NCBI RefSeq assembly: GCF_009914755.1
Contig: NC_060933.1
Length of the DNA stretch: 64,000 nt
Strand: one strand, 5' to 3'
Source: the human T2T-CHM13v2.0 reference genome, Homo sapiens
Shown: in pieces, positions 1-16,802 of the stretch
Numbering within the stretch: position 1 is the first letter of the stretch
Layout of the letters: each line of letters begins with the position of its first letter
Translations under genes and position numbers: made by a program
The notes under the pieces: model-generated
Databases searched by the model: none
Seen by the model: the letters and a program-made list of their open reading frames with translations, nothing else
What the model was told of the DNA's origin: nothing

Positions 1-232
1 GAAAAATTGGAACCGCAAAGTAAAGTAGTATCAGAGTATAACCTAAGGTATAGAATAAATGTCCATGAGTCCATCTGGTTATAAATGAGTGACGGAGTCA
101 ATCAATAAATGAGGAAGAAGAGATCTTTCCCATGCAGAGGCATTCCATAATTTATGCCCTCATGGAGGTGACTCAAATCTCCCCACCCCTTAAGTGTGGG
201 CTGAGCATAGAGACTTCCTTCCGGAGAGCACA
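1..232 (+). mobile_element. Old L1M (L1MC/MD-like) 3' UTR fragment
   Basis: Motif ccccttaagtgtgggctg..atagagacttccttcc resembles recalled L1MC/MD 3' ends. Confidence 0.45.
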
Positions 233-426
233 GGCCTGTCCCTGATCTGATGCCACTTGGACAGGCCCAGTAACCAGTGGATGCTGCAGCTACCCCACGG
301 CCCTTTCAATCCCAGCATGTGGGCTGGGCAGAGCTTGCCTCTTGGGGCTGATGGGCCAGAGCTTGTTTGATGGACTCTCGGCCAGTGGCCGGCCAGTGTC
401 CCATCAGTCATGTTTGTAGAAAATGA

Positions 427-1290
<864 letters not shown>

Positions 1291-3137
1291 ATGATGTTGC
1301 GGCTACATTGCGAGCCAGCCTGGTGTCCATTTAAGGGGAGCAGCTGCCAGAGCCCCGAGACACTGGCAGGGACCAGGGGACATCTGGCTGTAGTGCTGGC
1401 CTCCTCCTGAGGTTCTCCTGGATGCCCACACCCCCGAGAGGATTCAGCGAGAACCACAAGGAGGGGTGCAGCTATGTGTCTCTGCTCCTGCCCTGCTGCC
1501 AGCAGCCTCTGTCCCCATCATCCTGCGCCAGGCCAGCCATCCCCCGTGCATCCTTCCCATGCGTGCTAATCCTCCAGCAGATGCGGAAGGCAGGGCGGCG
1601 GGTGTCACCAGCCCCACACACTCTTGCTTTGACAGCCTTTGAGTGAACAAGACTCTATTTCTGCATGTGATCTTTTGCAGGAGCTTCCGCGTCCCCCATG
1701 CACTGGGGCTGCAGGAGTGAGATGTTGCCTGTCGCACCATCTCTGGGGATGAGGTCAGCTGCAAGCCGCTTTGCCCAGGGCAAATGGGATTCAAACGTGG
1801 AACAGGCTGTGCTTTGAAAAGCACTACCAGGTCTTTTCCACGAAAAACTCTAACCCTGTTCTCTAACCCTGTGACAGTGCCCCAAATTCCACCATTAAAT
1901 CACAACACTCTCCCCAGAAGGTTCCCACGGAAAGTCCAGTATGCTCACCCAGCAGACAGGAGGCTCCGCACGGCGCCGCTGCTGCCTTGACTGCTAGATG
2001 TCGTCTGTGTTAGAGGGACTTCTTCACATGCCCCCAGAACCCACCTGCCCCTTGGTCACCCACTGAGACCCCCCCCCCACCCTGCGGGTTGGGCCTCTCA
2101 GCTTTACTCATAAGTACGACGGGTGGGCACAGCCCCTGCCCCCTCCTCCTGATGTGGTGGGGTGTGGGCCACCATGGAGAGCTTGGGACAGGCCCGTTCT
2201 TGGTGACAGCAGGTGTGGACTTGCTCTGCTGCTGGCTGCTTATACCTGCAGGAGGGTGAGCAGGGCAGGGCTGAGTACGTGTGGATAGGTGTAGAGGAGA
2301 GAAAGGCTAGGACTGGGGGCAGCTTCCCTACTGTCCAGCAAGGCAGGCCTGGGGGAGGTCCGAAAACTGGGGGCCGGAAAGTGCTTTGCTGGGGACTGGA
2401 GGCAGAGAGGGGTGCTGCGGGGTGGGCTCAGGGGGCTAAGCAGCGCCACCTCTGCAGCGGGGAGCCCAGGCCTGCTCCCCGCAACCCCGTACCGGGTGCC
2501 TGCACTCTTTCCTGGCCAAGCTCTCTGGAGTGTTGGGAAGATGCCCCAAACACTGGAGCCCGGTGCTGCCCACCCTGAATCTCAGGGAACTTTCAGAGCA
2601 TGCAGCAGGCTGTAGCCTGACTGGAAGCTGCAAATGAGCACGAAATATGACAGCCAGAGCTTCACGGACTCTGCCGCGCTGCCCTCATGAATATGCAGCC
2701 GCTGCTACCTCGGTCGCCCTCTGCGGCTCTCCTGGGAGCAGGCAGCCACGCCAGATGCTAAGGACCCGGCTGGGGGAGCAGGGTGCCTCCAGCTGCTGGG
2801 TGCTGCAGAGACACCTGCCAGCCTCACCAAAGCCCCTTCTCAGGGCCACTGCCCTTTGGGGACCATCTCAAGAAAGGAAAACAAGGTCTTCCTGCTCTAG
2901 CATGTCCCTTCTTCTCCCCTAGATGTAGCTCTGGGAAGGAAATGCACAGCCAGCATGTGTAGCTAGCAGGAAAAGTCCTGCAAGCTCCCGGGGGGGAACC
3001 CAGCAGCCCTGCTTCTAGAACTCTGTCCTTAGTAAACAAGGGTGGATGGGCTCACACAGCCAGACACAAAGCTGTCCCTCGCGGCATCGTCGTTACAATG
3101 AGAAAAAGTAGAAGCAGCCTAAACACCCTACAGCAAT

Positions 3138-4000
3138 ATGGGGGGCTGTGGGGGGCTATGGGGAGCTGTGAGAGGCTATGGGGGACTATGGGAGGCTAGA
3201 TGGGGGGCTAAATAGGGGGTTAGATGGGGGACTAGAAAGGGATCTAGATCGGGGGGGTCTAGATGGGGGGCTAGAAGCAGGGGGCTAGATGGGGGGCTAG
3301 ACTGGGGGGCTAGAAGTGGGGGCTAGATGGGAGACTAGATTCGGGGCTAGATGGGGGACTAGATGGGGTCTAGATGGGTGGCTAGATGTGGGAGTTAGAT
3401 AGGGGATCTAGATCAGGGACTAGATGGGGGCTAGATGGTGGTCAGATGGGGGGCTAGGTAGGGGATTAGATGTGGGGTCTAGATAGGGAACTAGATGGGG
3501 GACTAGACAGGGGTCTAGATGGGGGCTAGAAGGGGGGCTAGATGGGGACTAGATGGGGGCTAGATTGGGGAGCTAGAAGGGGGACTAGGTGGGGGGACTA
3601 TATGAGGGGCTAGATGGGGGGCTAGATTGGGGGATAGTTGGGGGGCTAGATGGGGGACTAGATGGGGGGCTAGATGGGGGTTAGATGGGGGCTAGATGGG
3701 GGCTAGGTGGGGGCTAGATGGGGGTAGATGGGGGTTAGATGGGGGCTAGATGGGGGCTAGATGGGGGTTAGATGGGGGGCTAGATGGGGGCTAGATGGGG
3801 GTTAGATGGGGGCTAGATGGGGGCTAGATGGGGGACTAGATGGGGGCTAGATGGGGTTAGATGGGGGGCTAGATGGGGGGCTAGATGGGGATTAGATGGG
3901 GGGCTAGATGGGGGCTAGATGGGGGTTAGATGGGGGCTAGATGGAGGACTAGATGGGGGTTAGATGGGGTCTAGATGAGGGGCTAGATGGGGGAGCTGTG
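3138..4000 (+). repeat. G-rich minisatellite, ~11-bp unit GGGGGCTAGAT
   Basis: Dozens of degenerate tandem copies are directly visible. Confidence 0.95.
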
Positions 4001-4068
4001 GGTGCCTGTGACCCATGAGCGTGGGCTTGTGCATGCTGTCCAGCCTCAAACCCATGTTGTGCCTTAAA

Positions 4069-4982
4069 GGGTGTTTGTATCCAAAACTGTGCTTCAGCCA
4101 CTGGCCTGGGCTCGCAGGCTGAGCCAGAGCAGATGCACCCTGGAATCTGCCCCAGTCCTGAGCTTCTGCTGTGCGGCCCTTGCCCTGGGAGGGAGGGATA
4201 GATGGCAGCAGGGCCTGAGCCCTGAGCCCTGGGCCGGAACTCACCCCAACAAGCTCAGCATCTCGCAACCTCCAGGTAGCAAACCTTCCCCTCCTCCTCC
4301 TCCCCCGCCCTGGTCGGGGACCTGGCTCAGCTTGCGAGGCTCCCCTCATGCCCACCATCCATTCAGGTTCTCTGTCTCGGGAATTGACACTAAAAGCCTC
4401 CGTCTGGCAGTTGTCAGTGTGTGGGGGAGCACAGATTCCTGGGGAGTTCTGTCCCACACAGGCCTGCATCCCACCCCACTTCTGGTGTCCCTCACAGGTA
4501 AGTCTTTTGGGCTGCTGCGCTCACCACCTGCTGGGACCCAGGCTTCTCCAGTCTTGAAGTCCTTTCTGCTGCCACCTGCACCTGCTGAAAGGGACTTCCT
4601 GCCCAGGTGAGAGCAGCTCCTGCCCTACCAGCCAGATTGGGTCTTAACCTCGGCTCCCTGCTGCCTTCCACACTGCACCATGGCATTCGCAAGGTCAGTA
4701 GGTGGCAGTTCAGTGGATGTCTGCCTCTCCCACCAGCCTATGAGCTCCCTCATCTTTATTTGTGGGTGATTTTTTTCACCAAACAGGGCCCACATCCCCT
4801 CCTGAGCTGGTGGACGAGGCTCTTTATCTCCCTCCACTATCGCCCACCACTATCCTTCCCTCCCAGGGCAAGGGCCGCACAGCAGAAGCTCAGGACTGGG
4901 GCAGATTCCAGGGTGCATCTGCTCTGGCTCAGCCCGTGACCCCAGGCCAGGGGCTGAAGCACAATTTTGGATACAAACACCC
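4069..4982. repeat. Inverted repeat pair, arms 4069-4201 and 4850-4982
   Basis: 133-bp arms with 6 mismatches by manual alignment; the same peptide appears in opposite-strand ORFs. Confidence 0.92.
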
Positions 4983-5769
4983 CCACCATGAGGTTTGCTG
5001 AGCGTGCACTTTGTCCCCCTTTTACAGATTAGAGCACTGGGCTTCCGTCCAGGGATGCTAAGAGGATGGGGGTGCAGCCCTCTGGAAACTGCAGTGCTGA
5101 GGGTTCTCCTGGCAAGGTAAGCAGGAACCGGCAGCGCAGGCGAGAGGTAGCCGCCCATCTGCAAGCATGGAGAGGCGTCTCCGAGAGTGAAAGGCGTGTG
5201 AGGAAGGTCGGCGATGGGGACCCAGGTGCCCTGGCCCCGCCCTGCCCAGAACAGCCCCCATGGCACAGGCTCAGCGGCAGCAGAAGAGCCCCAGACCCTA
5301 AAAGCACCCACCGCTCTGCCCTGCCTCGGGCCTTTTGTCCAGTGGTCCATGAGCTCTGGAGATGGGCCGGCTCGCGGGGTGAATTAATGAGAAGGTGAGA
5401 GCAGCGTGTGTCATGTCTTGGGGACAAATCTGAGCCATAAAGGAACAAGGTCCTTGTAAAAAAGGATAGGCTACTTGGGAATTGGGTTGTTAACGCATTA
5501 GCATCTTTATTTGGCCCATATGAAGTGTGTGAAATGAAGGTGGCAGTAAACAGGAATTTATTTTTCGAAGTGGTCTTGGCAGAACAGCATAAGGTGCTTC
5601 TCCCGCGGCCGGGAAGGCCCCCCTGCCCACATATGCACACCCCTGCTCTCCCCGGCAGCCTTACCTGGCCTGCCCAGCATGAATATACTCCTTCCTCCTG
5701 TTTCCACCCCCATAGTGGCCGAGAGTGAGGCTGTGTCCCATGGACTCACTGAATCTCAGCACATACTAG

Positions 5770-5850
5770 GTGGCCACCCTCATTATCCCCATTTGCAGAT
5801 TGAGAAAACCAAGGCCCAGGAGGGAGGGAGCTTTCCACTGTCACCCAGAG
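5770..5850. mobile_element. MIR fragment
   Basis: Core motif cattatccccatttgcagattgagaaaaccaaggcccag. Confidence 0.6.
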
Positions 5851-5855
5851 AAGTA

Positions 5856-6345
5856 CCTGACCCCACCCACCACACCATCCCCTGCCTCTCCTCTTTGCTG
5901 ACACCCCCAGCCACCCTGTCCCCTGCCTGTCCTCTCCGCTGACCCCACCCGCCACTTCGTCCCCTTCTCCACTGACCCCACCCACTACCCCATCCCCCTC
6001 TCCGCTGACCCCACCCGCCACCCCATCCCCTGCCTCTCCCCTCCACTGACCCCACCCACCACCCCATTGCCCTTTCCGCTGACCCCCCCCGCCACCCTGT
6101 CCCCTGCCTCTCCCCTCTGCTGACCCCACCCACCACCCCGTCCCCCTCTCCGCTGATCCCAGCCGCCACTCCGTCCCCTGCCTCTCCTCTCCACTGATCC
6201 CACCCGCCACCCCATCCCCTGCCTCTCCTCTCCGCTGACCCCACCCACCACCCCATCGCCCTCTCCACTGATCCCACCCGCCACCCCATCACTCTCTCCA
6301 CTGATCCCACCCACCATCCCGTCCCCTGCCTCTCCTCTCCGCTGC
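5856..6345 (+). repeat. C-rich minisatellite, ~33-41-bp units (ctgaccccacccaccaccccatcccctgcctctcctctccg)
   Basis: About a dozen visible tandem units of two length classes. Confidence 0.9.
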
Positions 6346-6483
6346 ACCTGAATTTCCACACTGCATGTCTCGTGGAAGATCCCTGGGGCACAAGCCCCGT
6401 GTCCTCTTCTGGCAAGAACCACTCAGAATCTCAAAAGACGGTCGCTTACTGAGCACCTGCCCTCCCTTGGGCTCTATGTTGGC

Positions 6484-7553
<1,070 letters not shown>

Positions 7554-8796
7554 AATATCTCTGTCTGCATTTTGTACATTATCTTATTGACTCTTTTATT
7601 CCCTAAAATGGGAAAATAATAACTTTTTATTTTGCTATTAACCCCATTTAAAGATGAAAACCATCAGGACAGAGGGGCTGAGTGTTCTGTCCCACACAGG
7701 AGTGGCCGGTATGCCCCAAGCCAGTTCCCTCAGCCACTCCAGGGCTCAGCTTCTGGCCAAGTGAAGATCCTTCATTTCTTGCAAAAGAGGCCCTCAGTGC
7801 TGTCTTGTCAGATGAGAACACCCATGAATAAATGAGTGAGTGAGTGAACACCTGCGTGTATATAGGACTAGCTGGAGGTCACTGTGGTAAGTGGCTGGTG
7901 GCTCCTCCAGGTGGGCCCAGGCCATATGATGTGACCGCCATGGGGCCTGGGCAGCATGGTCCAGGGAGGATACTTCAGGAAGGAGCCCTGGGAAGGGAGG
8001 TGCAAGGGAAGCAGGAGCTCCACGTTGCAGAAAAGATGAGCAAACTCACCTTAGGGCTTTGAGCAACCTAAGCCAGACAATGACAAGGACACCAGGGCCA
8101 GAGGCCAGGGAAGCAAACACCAGGGGCAGGGGGCAGGAGAGTCAGCAGAGTGGGATCCACCGTTTGGGCCTCCCGAGAGGCCCTGGGCTAACTTTCTAGG
8201 ACAAAGGAAGAGAAGACTCTTTGATAAAAGGGAAAGTAAAAGGCAGCTCTTGGATCAATAAATGAATTAGTTGACCTTGATTTGCAAACCAGTTTGCTTC
8301 CATCTGCCTGGAGTATATTAACCTGCTACCCTGCAGTACCTGGGATTAATCAGCCTTAGTACCCCACCTGCCCTGCTCCAGGCAGGTTTATGTGTAGGTG
8401 GAGGAAGATACCATTGTGAGGGAAGACAGGGATGCTACCTGTCTCTAGAGCAGGTCATACCGCAACGCCACATACGCTTGTCCCCATTCTCTTTGTGTGG
8501 GGAGGGCAACTTCCAGAAACGAGCATTCGGGGCCCGCACCCCAGGTGGCCAAAACCTCTGCTGAAACACACCCAGCGTGAGTGTCTGGAGGAGGGTGGGA
8601 CAAGGAAACCTGCTGTGGCTAAGAGCTTGGCACAGCTGTCTCATGTACTACGCATCGCTGAGACATCTGTCCAACTGACCTTCATAGGAAAAGATGGTGC
8701 AAGAAGGACCAGAAGAATCTCAAAGCTGATTCCCAATGTGGGAGCTGACCTCCTTGTGTCTGCACAATGAGGAGGCAAGGATTGCAGGGCTGGAGA

Positions 8797-8912
8797 TGCA
8801 CGCACGGACACGTGCGCACAGGCACACACATGCACGTGCACACTCATGCAGTGCAGGCATGTGCACACACACACAGGCGTGCATGCACACACATATACAC
8901 GTGTGTGCACAC
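8797..8912. repeat. Degenerate CA/TG-rich simple repeat
   Basis: Alternating purine-pyrimidine cacacatgcacgtg tract. Confidence 0.75.
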
Positions 8913-10900
8913 AGTACTCTTGGATCCCTTTGCTGCATGCCTAGAGTGCCCAGGCTCCTTATGTACCCCCACACCTTTCTGGGGATGACCAGTCTGACGT
9001 TGGCAGCCCTGATGGTTGGCTGCAGCCTCACACAAAGGAACCCCCATCATGTCTGGATTGATCCTAGTATGAATCCTCAGGGCTGAGCGGTGCTGCGCCC
9101 CCATCTAGGGAAGGTCTCTGACTCTGGGGGCGGGGCAGGCTGCTGAGGAGGGGATTCTAGTTGGGAGTGGAGAAGAAGTCTGGTGGTCTGGGAGCAGGGC
9201 CAGCTCTCAGGATTCCGAGATGCTCATCTAAATTCAGACCACAGGTCCATTAACACAAACCTCACGGGTTCCATCATACCCCAGGCTATACTACATAGAT
9301 GGCACCAGCCTGCAGCCAGCAGGCACAGAAGGCAGAGGGGATAGACGGGCAGGGTGGTCAGAAGAGCCCCACCCACACAGAGAGCCACATGGCCAGTGCT
9401 TGGACCACTGTGGATAATGCTTATTGAGAACCGACTCTGTACCAGGCACTGCTCCAGGCGCACCTAGATCCAGGACTTCCCGGCCTACAGACTGTAAGAA
9501 AGCAATGTCTGCCGTTTCAGCTGCCCAGTCTGGTATCTGTTTTGGCTGCCCTAGGAGGCCAGGACAACAGCCTCCCCCAGTTCTCTTTCTTGACGTTTGT
9601 TGTTGTTGAAGGAATGGAGTCATCTGCCCTTCGCGCGTCCTGCAGTCTGGAGCTGGCTGGCTGCACCCGTGCTGTCATCTGAACGTCTCTCTGTCCCCTG
9701 GATCTCCTGTCTGAATGTCTCTCTGTCCCCCGGACCTCCTGTAAGGTGCTTAGACCTAGAGGCATGATGAGAGCGGGGCGTGATTTTTAGGCAGGAGCCC
9801 TTCATGGGTGGAGTGGGCGCTTCCCACTGTACTGCCTCGGGAGGTGCATGTGACATCCTGTTGCCTTTCTGTATGGGGGGAGATGGCATCACCCTCGCTC
9901 AGTCGTTATAAAACCCCAGCAGCCTTCCTCCTGGAGCTCTCAGTGGTTTGCAAAGGAGGGCGGCTGTCATGGTTCCACTCTGAGCTTCTGAGCTGGAGGA
10001 CTTGTGTAAAGAAGCTTCCCCCGAAGGCTCGGTCCCTGTGGGGAAGGAGAGGGGTGCTTGGCTTTTCCTCGCATTTATCAGTTTCCGGAAGGATGAGTTG
10101 GTGCCCCCGCGCCCACCCCAGGGGACCAGTGTGGCTTTCTTTAGCTTAGTGATGAGCTCATGAATTTTCAGCACATTTGATGTGTTTCAATCTATTACAG
10201 TTGTTATTTTTATGCCCAAATTGTCACATCATTGACTAGTGGGAGCATCTTCAAGCTGTGTCCTTTTGAAAATGTTGTTTTTTAAAAAAATCTTTATTAC
10301 TCCCTTATGAAGCAATTTTCAGTTCCTACAAACTGAAGTCAGACTCCGACGCGGACCCACAGGTCGTGATCCCCATATTCCTCTACATCTAATCCATCTC
10401 TCTGATCTAATCCACGGACACTGTGTCCCTCCGATGTTTCTGGCTCCGATCCTTCTCACACGGCCTTTGCAGGGGCACCGGCTTCACCACGTTCTCAGGG
10501 GCTGGGCTGGGAGGATCCCACCCAGGCTCTCTCCAGAAACAGCTCAGTGAACTCGTGGCTGCAACCCCTGGGAAGTACACAAGTAGGGAAACAGGACATG
10601 CACGTGGCCCTCAGCTGGGCCCATCTTCGTTCCTAGCAAAGCCTGGCAGGTAGAGTGAAGTCAGGTCTTAGTGGCTTTTCTTTTTCTTTATGTAGCAATT
10701 CTTATCCCAGGACTCCATTATCAGAAAAAGAAATGCATCATTTTCTCAATGTTATAAACACCCACTATTCCCAGGAGAGCTCCGGGGAGAACCATCACAG
10801 TTTCCAGCCTCTGCTCTTTGTATTGGATGGAGATCACCCAGGGCTCCTTGAGGACAGCATGGATAGATTGTCATGTTTGGGGCTTTCTTGGGACAGAGTT

Positions 10901-11317
10901 TTCTGTGGTTTGTTTGGCCCTGCCAAGCCTCAGATTGAAATCTGACCCTCAGTGTTGGAGGTGGGGCCTGGTGGGAGGTGCTTGGGTCCTGGGTGCGGGG
11001 AGTCCCTCGTGAATGGCTTGGTGTTGCCCTCCAGGTAATGGGTGAGTTCTTGCTCTAGGAATTCCCAGGAGAACTGACAGTTTAAAAGAGCCTGACACCT
11101 CCCTTCCCTCTCTCTTGCTCCCTCCCCTGCCATGCAACACGCTTGCTCCCCTTCCCCTCTCACCATGAGTGGAGGCTTCCTGGGGCCTCTACCCAAAGCA
11201 GATGCTGGTACCATGCTTCTTGTACAGCCTGCAGAACTGTGAGTCCAGTAAACCTCTTTTCTTTGATGAATTACCCAGCCTCACTATTCCTTGGTAGCAG
11301 CACAAACGGACTAAGGT
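10901..11317 (+). mobile_element. MST-family (ERVL-MaLR) solo LTR
   Basis: Hallmark blocks gtgttggaggtggggcctggtgggaggtg and cttcttgtacagcctgcagaactgtgag...ttacccagcctc. Confidence 0.85.
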
Positions 11318-14300
11318 AGGTCTTCAGAGGCCCCACATTTTCACTCTGCTCTGGGGCCCCCTGGGCAAAAGAGCAGACACTTATGCTCCAGGTGGATGCA
11401 TGCACGAGTGTACCCAGCTGGGAGCTACCAGGGATACTGACCAGGCCACTGTCCAAGAACATCCTCCCTTCTGTGATTCCCAAAGTGGCAGCCAGAGGTG
11501 AGGCGCAGGGAGTGCAGGGTGCACCCTGCAGAAATGCAGTCCCCAGGACACGCTCACACCCGATGCCTGCAGGCTGTGGGGCAACACGGAAAGGCCGCTG
11601 GCCACGGCTGGGCCCAGACCTGCAGCCTCCAGTGGTGCATGCTCAGCTCAGCACAGGCTTCATCTCTGATGCGAGCCACCAGCCACCGAGGCCCCGCTGA
11701 GCAGCTCCTCTGAGAGATGCCGAGACACTGGGGAGGAGTGAGAAGCTCCTCAAGGTTCCCTCTCTGCAAACGCCAGGTGCAGGGTGAGCAGAAACTGCCT
11801 TTGCAGAGTGCCAGGCAGGGCCCGTCTGATGAGTTCAGGCACACTGGACGGTCCATTTTTTTTTCAGATATTCTGCTATGGACACAAAATTCACCATCCC
11901 CAGGCAAATTCTCACATTTATGCCAGCCCCTACTCTCCGATGAGGCACCCAGGTTCCCCAAAGCTGGGTTTTCCCAGGTTTGCATCTTCCAAGAGAACAG
12001 CAATCACTCCAAGCAGGTGAAAGCTTTCTGTCAGCCTCCACCACGCAGGAGGTGAGTACCTGGGACAGAAGCTGAGCCCACAGCTCACAGAGGCAGCTCC
12101 TCCACGTCGCTCCCCCAGAGGGAAGATCATTGCCAGAATCCAGCAGGGGATGCTTCTGACCTGGCATCTTTTCCACAGGCGTCCAGTTCTGAGATCTGGA
12201 AGCCAAACTGACCTTATGTTTGGAAAGGTGAGTTCAAGCCCTCAGTGCAGCACCCTCCTGCATCCTTTGACTGGATTCCCATAAAAAATCCAATCGAAAT
12301 AAGGATGAGAGTTCCCCACACTATGCAAAGACCCCAGGATTTGTGGATGCCATTTGTTCAGGTTACATGCCTATTCAACCATCACCCAACATCTCACCTG
12401 GCACCTGCTTCGTATGGGAAGTCTGCCAGGAAGTACAGCCCAGCGGTGATCAGGAGACCAGTAGTGAGCAGGAGCCCAGCAGTGAGCAGGAGCGACCTGG
12501 TGCATGCAGTGGTGGTTAGCATTATTTCTTTAAAGATGAAAAGCTTAAGAAGTTATTTCCTTTCATTCATGGTGCAGAATTTCATTTTAAGTATGATTAA
12601 AAAATCAAAAAAGGAAATATGAGTGTGCATAAATTTAAAATTCTGTGGCATATACCAACAAACAAGGTTATAAAAAGAGGACAAACCAAAAAATATTTTC
12701 ATTACATAAAACCGAAGAAGTCAACATTAATTATTTATAACAAATTCCTTCAGAAAATCTGCCTGCGCTGTGGAGCCCCAGAAGCATGTGGACACCTTTT
12801 GTCTAGCCCACACAGCACTGAGTAAAATAATGCATTCAGGACCCCGCATTCCCGATGCAATGTAGGGGGAGAAACCGGAGCTGGAGTCCCGCGGCTCTCT
12901 CCTCCTTCATCCCTCTCTTCCCTTCCCACCTTCTCTGGGAAGTCTCCCCTGTCTCTCAGCTCAAGAATCTCCAGGATGGCGGAGCCTGCATAGCACATAC
13001 GAAAATCACATGGAATCCTCCTCTATCTTCCTGTTCCGTGTTTGTCTTCCAGGGACCTCCTCAAAGCCACAGACCCTGTTCCCTTTTCAGGATCGGGTAC
13101 ACAATACATTGTGCAATGAAAGATTGATGGATTAAGATGCCTCACGTACGAGATTTTTTTTTTTTAAAAGATGCTTGTTGTTTTGAAAAAAAAATGCATG
13201 CGTGCGTGCATGCGTGCGTGCGTGTGTGTGTGTGTGTGACTTGAGGCAAGTTAAGGAGTGTGTGGGGAGAAACACTGATATGGAAGGGTGTTCACTGCCC
13301 ATGCAGGGGTGGAGAGGAGGGCCTAGTGCCTTTGGCACAAGCATGCTTATCTTCAATGCATCCTTTATTTTGGCACAAGAAGATGCTCCAGGTTCAACTT
13401 GGATACTTCTTGGTCCCAAACTGGACCAGTCATTTCTCCAAAGAACCCTGGGTCCTTATGGTGGGGAAATGGTATTTAGAGACCATAGTCTCTGTGCTGA
13501 GAATGTTCGTTGTTACTGAATTTGTCATCGTTTCTTGGCCTTTTTGGTGAACAGAAGTAATACACACACACTATGAGAAAGTACACCATAACATCATTGT
13601 AATATTTACCATGCCAATGTAGGATTACTGGCTTCTATGTGGTTTATTCCATTTTATATCTGTGTCTTTTTTCTCTTACATGCATCATCTTTATACATAA
13701 TTGCTATGTCTCACTACCTGTGTACACTCCACCCACACGTCCGTAGTATTTTCAGAACAACAAGGCCGACAACAATACCATGACTACTAGCACAGTTGCC
13801 AAAACCAGTGTAAGATCACTTAGCCTCTCTCCAGCAGTGGGATCTATAGGATATAATCTCACGAGCTCTACATGGCGTTTTAAAGTTACCTGCAGTAATT
13901 CACAAGAAGGCAGGTGCAGAAAAAGCCAGCATTCCTCCTTCCCTTCCACTCTTTTTCCTCTCACCGCAGATAACTATTCCACAGGATTTCAAAACTTACT
14001 CTCCCACATTTTAAAATGCAAGTGATTACATATGTGTGGGTGCATATTTGCATACAATTATATCCACAGCCCCCTTTCTTAGATGAAGCTGGCCTGCTCT
14101 GCACACCGTTTTCCGTCTTTCCTTTTCCACCTACGATATGCCTCCGTTACCCTGCTGGGATGGGATGTAGATGTTGTCTTTACTTGTTTTTACTGCTGCA
14201 CAGAACAGCCCAGGATGTTCCATAATTTATTCACCTGTCAGCTAAGAATAGACACAGAAGTGGCTTCCAATCTTGTTATTACAAGGTGTTCAGGATACAG

Positions 14301-14756
14301 TCTTGTGCCTCCATTTTATCTTCACTAGAGATTGCCAAATTTTCTCTGGCAGAGACTATCTTCTTTTGCATTCTGTGTTAGTTCCCTAGGGCTTTCATAA
14401 CAGAGGACCACAGCCTGGGCGGCTGAAACCACACGAAATGTATTGTTTTACAGAGGTCAGAGGTCCAAGATCAAGGTCTGGCAAGGGCCGTGCTCTACAA
14501 GCTCAGGAGCTTGTAGGGAAATTCCTTCCTTGCTCCTTCCAACGTCTGGTGTTGGTGGGCAACCCCCGGCATTCCTTGGCTTATAGATCCATCACTCCAG
14601 TCCCTGCCTCCATTGTCGCATGGCCATCTTCTCCCTGTGTGTCTCTTATAAGAAAGTCGCACTGGCTTGGAGCCCACCTCCTAATGAGCTCATCCTAACT
14701 TGCTTACATCTGCAAAGGCCCTGTTTCCAAATAGGGTCACAGGTACCAAGAGCTAG

Positions 14757-15610
<854 letters not shown>

Positions 15611-15756
15611 TTAGCATTCCACGTATTTCTGTTTGGAGGGGACACAGTAGCTCATAACACATTCCTATCAACAAAGCCTGAGGACTCCCATGTCCCCCAC
15701 AGCCTCGCCAACAGTGTAGGTGGGTCAATCTGATAAATGAGAAATGGTTTCTCCGT

Positions 15757-16190
<434 letters not shown>

Positions 16191-16439
16191 CCCTTGATCT
16201 TAATTTTCATCTCTGAGATCTGGAGTGTGGTTGAGCATCTTTTCACACGTTTAAGGTCCCTTTTCTTTTTCTGAACAACGCACAGTTTTCATGGAGTACC
16301 CACTGTGAGCCAGGGCTGTACAGTCAGCAGGCACATGATCACCAACAAAACAGATGGGAGTGTCTGCCTTCTTTAAGCTTGCATTCTATTGGAGGCGATA
16401 AACAAGAAACAAATAAGTGAAATGTATTATAAGCCGGAG

Positions 16440-16655
16440 GCGTGAGTTTCTTGTTGCTGCTGTAAGAAATTCCCACCAGCGTGGTAGCTCAAAATAAAAC
16501 CTGTTTCCTCTTGTCATCCTGGACGTCGGAAGTCTGGACTCAGCCTCACCGGGCTAAAGTCAAGGTACTGGCTGGGCTGCTTCCTTCTGGAGGCTCTGGG
16601 GGAAAATTCATTCTCTTGACTTTTTCAGCTGCTGGTGGCTGCCGGCTTGTCTTGG
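16440..16655 (-). mobile_element. MLT1-family LTR fragment
   Basis: gggctaaagtcaaggt..gctgggctgcttccttctggaggctctggggga motif. Confidence 0.7.
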
Positions 16656-16802
16656 TTCGTAGGGGAGAGAAGGTCACAGCGGGCGGGGGCTGGGTAGAGA
16701 GGGCCTGTCGGACACTGTAGGAATTTTGGCCTTCTACCTGAGTGATGTGGGAAACCAGCAGAGGGGACCTGATATGACAGGTGCTTTTAAATCACACTCT
16801 TG

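Noticed and set aside
5746-6422. Gly/Trp/Arg-rich ORFs on the minus strand
   Set aside because: Translations of the C-rich minisatellite.
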